Shown here piece after piece: positions 63,196 to 64,000 of a stretch of 64,000 nucleotides of DNA (position 1 is the first letter of the stretch; each line of letters starts with the position of its first letter). The translations under genes were made by a program, and so were the position numbers. The notes under the pieces were generated by a model. That model saw only the letters and a program-made list of their open reading frames with translations. It was not told the DNA's origin and did no database searches. Origin of the DNA: Haplodiscus bocki (lineage: Eukaryota); the NCBI GenBank assembly GCA_965655095.1, contig OZ296658.1, forward strand, positions 37,944,001 to 38,008,000, in the 5' to 3' direction.

Positions 63196-64000
63196 TCTCT
63201 TTTATACTATTGCCACGTTTTTATAACTTTTATATTACATGCACCAATAATTTCTACTCGGAGTTATTGTTTTTATTTGACTCCCACTTACATTGAACAA
63301 AATGGCTACCACCCTTCATTGTGGATGATTCAGATAACCCTCTACTCGCCACTTCAACTCCTGATTTTCTACAAATTTTTACAAAAAAGATTGCAAAAAA
63401 CCAAAAAATACTTTTATTTGTTGTGCATTTCCAAAGAAGAAGCTGCAGAGTAAACTACGGCGCAAGACAATATAAAGGCTGCCGAGGGCTATAAGGCTCC
63501 CGACGACCGACAGAGCCGAGCGACTTACTCGATTTCGAGGAAGCCGCCCAACTGCGCCAACAACCGTAATTTTTCAGTCTATTCAGCGGCCGACCGGCTT
63601 TCGAAATACTGCCTCAGGCGATTTCTTTTCAGGTTGGTCAACCGGGAGTATCCGGCGATGTACGCCAACATTTGGTCAAATAGAGGCCCTGCTGTGGGCT
63701 GCAGGAACTTAACTTCCCAGTGTTGACCATGGAAGTGTTGAACAAAAACCATGGAAACCTCCACCACGTACCCCTCCTAATTCATTCGGGCCCCCGTTTC
63801 TATTGCCCAGTTTTATTCAATTCAGGGACATCAGCTCAGTTAAAATAATTCAGAAGTTTGTCCCGTCGTCTGGCATTTCCCAGAAGGGGGACAGTTCGCC
63901 AACAGGAATTGGCGCAGGAGGAGCGGGAGACGGCGACGCTGGCGGCGGTGATTCAGGAGATTCTTCAACGTTTACATTTATGTGTATGGGCTCTGCAGCT

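Larger units (their letters stand above)
52246..64000 (+). mobile_element. Large Ty3/Gypsy LTR retrotransposon, decayed, continues past right edge
   Basis: LTR, ~3-kb leader, gag, then PR-Macro-RT-RH-IN order. Confidence 0.9.

Noticed and set aside
1-64000. CRISPR array or prokaryotic defence operon
   Set aside because: Sequence is eukaryotic; tandem repeats lack constant repeats with unique spacers; no cas-like ORFs.

Overview
Eukaryotic (animal-like, spliceosomal introns, standard code) repeat-rich genomic window; the species cannot be fixed from sequence alone. Bases 1-~12.4 kb are a very AT-rich, gene-dense, intronless endogenous Polinton/Maverick-like virus running off the left edge. 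It carries an rve integrase, an NCLDV-type HNH endonuclease, a fibre-like protein with a MAM-like head, an adenain protease, major and minor capsid proteins and an A32-like packaging ATPase; no pPolB is inside the window. Most of its genes carry about one inactivating lesion, and 19 of 25 inspected starts have the poxvirus-late-like context TAAATG. The virus appears to lie in an intron of a calcyphosin-like gene whose first coding exon (14214-14353, minus) is missed by the ORF track. An intact 9-exon, ~792-aa Mx-like dynamin GTPase gene (minus, 16922-30217) can be assembled by hand; it has a ~400-bp spacerless palindrome in intron 2 and a probable GC-AG intron. A phospholipid scramblase exon lies at 41.6-42.3 kb. 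The rest is non-autonomous Helitron-like repeats, decayed LINE, BEL/Pao and Gypsy remnants, and a large Ty3/Gypsy element from 52246 to the right edge whose Pol carries a TARG1/OARD1(DarG)-type macrodomain between protease and RT. Top leads: (1) a Polinton with pox-like late initiators, i.e. a candidate virophage-like hyperparasite; (2) a retrotransposon-encoded ADP-ribosylhydrolase as candidate counter-defence.
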